A DNA stretch of 10,583 nt, taken from NCBI RefSeq assembly GCF_025370725.1, contig NZ_JAMXEZ010000006.1. One strand, given 5' to 3'. Each line of letters begins with the position of its first letter. Positions within the stretch are counted from its first letter, which is position 1. Source of the DNA: Laspinema olomoucense D3c (GTDB lineage: Bacteria; Cyanobacteriota; Cyanobacteriia; Cyanobacteriales; Laspinemataceae). The notes beneath the pieces are model-generated. The model did no database searches, was not told the origin of the DNA, and worked only from the letters and a program-made list of their open reading frames with translations. This document shows positions 6,792 through 10,583 of this stretch, one piece after another. Both the position numbers and the translations under genes were made by a program.

Positions 6792-6863
6792 TAATTCCCA
6801 TTTTAGAGTTTAAATTAGATTTTAAAGGTGACTGTACCTCGGCAACGCTAAACCTTCCCTGAC

Positions 6864-7781
6864 ATGGACTTACCCATCGTTTATCATCCTGACTATGTGG
6901 CCCCTCTGCCTCCGTCCCATCGTTTCCCGATGGAAAAGTTTCGGTTACTCTATGAAATGCTTTTAGGCGATCGCGTTGTCACTTCCGAACAGTGTCACAC
7001 GCCAGAATTGCCACCCCAGGACTGGATTGAATCCGTCCATGACCCCCAATATGTCCAGGCCTATTGCCAAGGCACTCTCGACCCCAAAGCACAGCGCAGG
7101 ATTGGTTTACCCTGGACTGAGGCGATCGCCCATCGCACTTGTATCTCCATTGGTGGGGCAGTTTTGACCGCTAAACTGGCATTAAAACACGGATTAGCTT
7201 GCAACACCGCCGGGGGAACGCATCATGCCTTTCCCGATTTTGGATCAGGGTTTTGCATTTTCAATGATTTGGCGATCGCCTCCAGGATGATCCAAAAATT
7301 GGCCGGGATTCGCAAAGTCTTAATTGTCGATTTGGACGTCCATCAAGGGGATGGGACAGCCTTTATTTTTAAAAATGACCCGGATGTTTTTACCTTTTCT
7401 CTACACTGTGAGGCCAATTTTCCCGGGCGAAAACAAACCAGTGATTTAGATGTTCCTTTACCCGTAGGAATGGAGGATGATGAATACTTGCAAACCGTCG
7501 CCGGTTATTTACCGGATTTACTCGGACAATTCCAACCCGATTTAGTCTTGTATGACGCAGGAGTTGATGTTCATGCAGGCGATCGCCTGGGTAAATTAGC
7601 CCTGAGTGATACCGGGATTTTTCGGCGAGATATGCAGGTGTTAAGCACCTGTCTCGCCGCTAGATATCCCGTTGCCTGTGTCATTGGGGGCGGATATTGC
7701 GAGGATATGCGCGGTTTGGTGTATCGCCATTCTCTCTTACATCGTGCTGCAGCTCAAGTGTATCGTCAGTATCGACTTTAG
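6864..7781 (+). CDS. Histone deacetylase family protein (HDAC/AcuC/acetylpolyamine amidohydrolase-like Zn deacetylase).
   Basis: Conserved HDAC-fold motifs are present: NTAGGTHHAFPDFGSGFCIFNDLAIA (the His-His catalytic pair), LIVDLDVHQGDGT (the metal-binding DxH...D block) and VIGGGYC (the glycine-rich loop with the catalytic Tyr). Confidence 0.9.
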   Translation: MDLPIVYHPDYVAPLPPSHRFPMEKFRLLYEMLLGDRVVTSEQCHTPELPPQDWIESVHDPQYVQAYCQGTLDPKAQRRIGLPWTEAIAHRTCISIGGAVLTAKLALKHGLACNTAGGTHHAFPDFGSGFCIFNDLAIASRMIQKLAGIRKVLIVDLDVHQGDGTAFIFKNDPDVFTFSLHCEANFPGRKQTSDLDVPLPVGMEDDEYLQTVAGYLPDLLGQFQPDLVLYDAGVDVHAGDRLGKLALSDTGIFRRDMQVLSTCLAARYPVACVIGGGYCEDMRGLVYRHSLLHRAAAQVYRQYRL

Positions 7782-7864
7782 TGGTAACAACCGCTGGGGA
7801 TTAAAACCTCCAGCTAATAGCTTAAGGCAACAACCGCCAATCGATTTATCCCCCGCCTGGTTTG

Positions 7865-9433
7865 CTACTCCCGTTCCAAAATTCTGACCATTCCTTTGGC
7901 ACTGCCACTGATGAGAAGTTGTCCATTTGGACTGTAAACTAAGGACATCACGGCCCCACTTTCTTCCGTTAACGTGCAGAGTAATTTACCTGTGGGTAAA
8001 TGCCAGATTTTGACCGTCCCATCGGCGCTGCCTGTGGCAAAGCTGTTCCCATCTGGGGCGAGGGCGACTGCGGTTACGGGTCCTAAATGGGCACTCAGAC
8101 TCCACAGCAGTTCACCCGTTTCCAAATTCCAGAGTTGAATACTGCCGTCGCCACTGCCGCCGATGAGGAGTTGTTGGGGAGAGATGACGATCGCTTCTAC
8201 CGCCTCTAAACTGCCATTGAGGATCGAAATCGGCTGTTTGGTTTGGAACTGCCACAGGGTAATCGTACCGTCCCCACCGCCTCGGGCGAGAATTTGACCA
8301 TCGGGGGAAATAGCGAGGGAAAAGATGGGTCCGGTATAGTCCGTGAGGGTATCAATTAATTCAGCAGTGGACAAATCCCACAATTTAATCGTCTCGTCAA
8401 AACTGCCACTGACGAGGGTTTTGCCATCAGGGGCGATCGCCAAGGCGCGGACGGAACCCCCATGTCCCGTGAGGGTTTCTTTGGGAATTCCTGTGGGGAG
8501 TTCCCAGAGTTTGATGGTTTTATCCCAACTGGCAGAGGCGAGGGTTTTACCATCAGGGGCGATCGCAATGGCAAATACCCCCCGTTTGTGTTCGGCAAGG
8601 ACTTGCAACAGTTCGCCCGTAGTCAGGTTCCACAGTTTAATACTGGTATCAAAACTGCCCGTTGCTAGAATTTGTCCATCAGGGGTAATCCCCAGCGATC
8701 GCACCCAGTCCGCATGGGCGGGCAAACTGTGGCGACAGATCCAATTCTGGGCCGTGGGTTCTGAGGGGGCCGCAAATGACGGCAGGACGACTTTCGACGC
8801 AGGCGGTTTGGATTTGGCGGGTTGAGAAGGGGTTGCGGATGTGGGGGGTTCCGGCATTGCCAGTTCCGGTTGAGGGCGAGGAGAGGGCGACGGGACCACG
8901 ATTTGCGAGGTTAATTGGGAAATTGCCTCCTCCACTCGTTCTAAGCGGTAGGCAAAGGATGAACGATTCAGATAGGCGATCGCATTGCCCAGACTTTCAT
9001 CCAACAAGGCATATTGCTCTTTCAACCCCGCGATTTCCCCCTGAATCTGGGACAAATCCACCGATTCTAATTTCCCCAATCGGGTTTTAAGCAGAGCCAA
9101 TTCATCCGGGGACCCCGTAGCCACAGGGGGGCGGCTGCCTTCCTCTACTTCCACTTGAGGGAGGGGAAGTTGCTTCTGGGCTTCCACCCGTTGGGTGAGC
9201 ATTTCCAGTTCTTCCGCCAATTGGCGATGCTGTCGATTCGTTGTTCCACTGACTCGGCGAGTTTGGTGTTCCAGGCGATACCGGGCGATCGCATTCAAAA
9301 TCAGGGTACTGCAAATCAAAGGGGCGGCTACATAGATAGCCCCATTAAAAAAAACCGCCACTATCGACGCCACCAATGACGCGAACAAGGAAGCATATTC
9401 TGCGGTTTCTAGCCAATGACGGTGATTTGACAT
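7865..9433 (-). CDS. Membrane-anchored WD40 repeat protein: two N-terminal TM helices, a coiled-coil segment, a Pro-rich linker, then a 7-bladed WD40 propeller.
   Basis: I place the start at the ATG at 9431-9433 (MSNHRHW...), with GGAAGGA 5-9 nt upstream. The ORF track instead uses an upstream GTG at 9451. Hydrophobic segments YASLFASLVASIVAVFF and AIYVAAPLICSTLILNAIA are present. Heptad-like stretches are LAEELEMLTQRVEAQKQ and LSQIQGEIAGLKEQYALLDESL. The linker PSPSPRPQPELAMPEPPTSATPSQPAKSKPPASK follows. Seven WD40 units carry GH...(A/S)IAPDG...(L/I)A(S/T)GS...D.(T/S)IKLW signatures. Confidence 0.85.
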   Translation of the reverse strand: MSNHRHWLETAEYASLFASLVASIVAVFFNGAIYVAAPLICSTLILNAIARYRLEHQTRRVSGTTNRQHRQLAEELEMLTQRVEAQKQLPLPQVEVEEGSRPPVATGSPDELALLKTRLGKLESVDLSQIQGEIAGLKEQYALLDESLGNAIAYLNRSSFAYRLERVEEAISQLTSQIVVPSPSPRPQPELAMPEPPTSATPSQPAKSKPPASKVVLPSFAAPSEPTAQNWICRHSLPAHADWVRSLGITPDGQILATGSFDTSIKLWNLTTGELLQVLAEHKRGVFAIAIAPDGKTLASASWDKTIKLWELPTGIPKETLTGHGGSVRALAIAPDGKTLVSGSFDETIKLWDLSTAELIDTLTDYTGPIFSLAISPDGQILARGGGDGTITLWQFQTKQPISILNGSLEAVEAIVISPQQLLIGGSGDGSIQLWNLETGELLWSLSAHLGPVTAVALAPDGNSFATGSADGTVKIWHLPTGKLLCTLTEESGAVMSLVYSPNGQLLISGSAKGMVRILERE

Positions 9434-9723
9434 AGAGTCCTTCCCACCCACCGGAGCCTATATTACAAGTGCCATTTTATCAAAAATCCCCCTAATCTTT
9501 CCATTTTATGGAGAAATGTTGATATAAGGGGGATACAAATTTTTCACTCAAACCCGGCACAATTGAGCCTAAATTGCCCAAAATTTTGTTTTGAGACTAA
9601 TAATGATTCCTCTAGTTTCAACCCTGAGCGTTCGAGCCTTAAAAATAGGGTAAACAATGAACAAAGAGTTTAATCAATCATTTTTTTGTTTTGCCCCTCG
9701 TTATTGACTCAAGCGGCTGTTAT

Positions 9724-9759
9724 CCAGAAAAATCCCCACCCGGAAAGCAGTGGGTGAGG
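9724..9759 (-). terminator. Putative rho-independent terminator of mgtE.
   Basis: On the minus strand, 5 nt after the TAA stop (rc of 9764-9766), the sequence CCTCACCC-actgctttcc-GGGTGGGG forms an 8-bp stem with one U-G wobble and a 10-nt loop. It is followed by ATTTTTCTGG (rc of 9724-9733). Confidence 0.4.
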
Positions 9760-9763
9760 AAGA

Positions 9764-10583
9764 TTACAATCCTAGAAATAGCTTGGCAATATTAAAGTAA
9801 ATCAGAACACCCAAAACATCTACAGCCGTGGTAATAAATGGTGCTGACATCAGGGCGGGATCTAACTTAATGGCGCGGAATAAAAATGGCAGGGCTGAAC
9901 CGGATACCGATGCCAAAATTGAAATCGCAATCAGAGAGATGCCGACACAGAAAGCCACCTGGAGATTGACTCGCAACAGGAAAAAAGCCCAGATGGTGGC
10001 AAGAGTTCCCAAAATTGTCCCTAGTAATGCACCGGCAATTCCTTCTCGCCAGATAACTTTGAGCGGTCCGAGTAAGCGAATTTCATCGGTATTCATCCCG
10101 CGAATCACCACAGTAGAAGACTGGGCACCGACATTCCCTCCCGTACCCGTCAGCAGGGGAATAAAGGCGGTGAGGACGACGACTTGCTGCAATAGCTCTT
10201 TTTGGGAATTAATAATTGATCCGGTTACGGTATTGGTGAGCAATAAGACGAACAGCCACACGACACGGCGTCGCGCCACTGTCCATAAATTCATTTCAAA
10301 ATAATTATCCCCATCGGTTTGGACCCCACCCAAGGCATAAATATCCTCGGTGGTTTCCTGTTCCATGATGTCGATCGCATCATCGATGGTGATGACCCCG
10401 ACTAAGCGTTGCTCGCGATCGACCACGGGGATCGCGAGGAAATCATAGCGCTGAATCAGGCGCGAGACTTCCTCGCCGTCGGTATCTGTATGGACGAATA
10501 CCACATCCCGAGTCATGATTTCACTAATTTTTTCCTCGGGGGAACTAATCACCAAGTCCCGCAGGGAAACGATTCCGGTTAAC
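9764..10583 (-). CDS. mgtE: Magnesium transporter MgtE, partial: CBS pair plus the 5-TM MgtE domain. The N-terminal part lies beyond the right edge of the window.
   Basis: Translation runs MTRDVVFVHTDTDGEEVSRLIQRYDFLAIPVVDREQRLVGVITIDDAIDIMEQE (CBS), then GGVQT...NLWTVARRRVVWLFVLLLTNTVTGSII...FIPLLTGTGGNVGAQSSTVVIRG...APFITTAVDVLGVLIYFNIA (MgtE TM domain). The reading frame stays open from 10555 to the window end. Confidence 0.9.
   Translation of the reverse strand, partial: LTGIVSLRDLVISSPEEKISEIMTRDVVFVHTDTDGEEVSRLIQRYDFLAIPVVDREQRLVGVITIDDAIDIMEQETTEDIYALGGVQTDGDNYFEMNLWTVARRRVVWLFVLLLTNTVTGSIINSQKELLQQVVVLTAFIPLLTGTGGNVGAQSSTVVIRGMNTDEIRLLGPLKVIWREGIAGALLGTILGTLATIWAFFLLRVNLQVAFCVGISLIAISILASVSGSALPFLFRAIKLDPALMSAPFITTAVDVLGVLIYFNIAKLFLGL

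Noticed and set aside
6337-6813. ORFs 6337..6546(-), 6357..6794(+), 6410..6721(-) and 6556..6813(+).
   Set aside because: All overlap the 176-aa minus-strand ORF 6261..6791. That ORF has the most protein-like composition and fits the operon layout with the GST. The others are Arg/Pro/Ser-biased overlapping frames. The choice is by composition only, so confidence in the 176-aa call is moderate.
7672-7887. Plus-strand ORF 7672..7887.
   Set aside because: It is out-of-frame overlap with the 3' end of the HDAC gene and the 3' end of the WD40 gene.
8343-9379. ORFs 8343..8825(+), 8356..8598(-), 8462..8668(+), 8776..9090(+), 9102..9314(-) and 9155..9379(+).
   Set aside because: They are nested in or antisense to the TM-WD40 gene. 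Their compositions are repetitive because of the WD40 nucleotide repeats.
9828-10304. Plus-strand ORF 9828..10304.
   Set aside because: It is antisense to the clearly recognisable MgtE CDS.
1-10583. CRISPR arrays, tRNA, rRNA and IS elements.
   Set aside because: No regularly spaced direct repeats are present. No cloverleaf-like or rRNA-like segments were seen in the short intergenic regions. There are no transposase- or integrase-like ORFs. The only iterated element is the dispersed HIP1 octamer.

Overview
This 10.6 kb window is almost certainly cyanobacterial. The HIP1 octamer GCGATCGC occurs 17 times between positions 3461 and 10583, about 1 per 420 bp. Reading left to right, I call nine genes.

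- **1..2546 (-):** A long G3-rich gene that is absent from the ORF track because it has no in-window stop. It encodes a STAND NTPase with a complete NB-ARC motif set (P-loop GMGGIGKS, LLVLDDVW, TTRD, a GLPLA-type motif), a C-terminal WD40 array running off the window, and an N-terminal domain of about 270 aa that I cannot assign. This is a bacterial NLR-like protein.
- **2717..3353 (+):** Divergently transcribed from the NLR-like gene, a low-GC, HIP1-free two-gene cassette. A 71-aa acidic helical protein is translationally coupled through an ATGATGGGTAA overlap to a 143-aa retropepsin-like aspartic protease (LLDTGASVNVLP, LILGQVNFF).
- **3461..5071 (+):** A phytoene-desaturase-family (CRTISO-like) FAD oxidoreductase.
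- **5123..6094 (-):** A Xi-class GST / glutathionyl-hydroquinone reductase with the CPWAHR motif, converging on the oxidoreductase.
- **6261..6791 (-):** A 176-aa hypothetical protein.
- **6864..7781 (+):** An HDAC-family deacetylase.
- **7865..9433 (-):** A protein with two TM helices, a coiled coil, a Pro-rich linker and seven WD40 repeats.
- **9764..10583 (-):** A partial MgtE magnesium transporter covering the CBS and TM domains.

The most interesting material is the left 3.4 kb. It forms a composition island: only 1 HIP1 where about 8 are expected, with codon usage unlike the rest of the window. It holds the NLR-like STAND gene and the small-protein/aspartic-protease cassette. Together these could be a defence or cell-death module with a protease effector.
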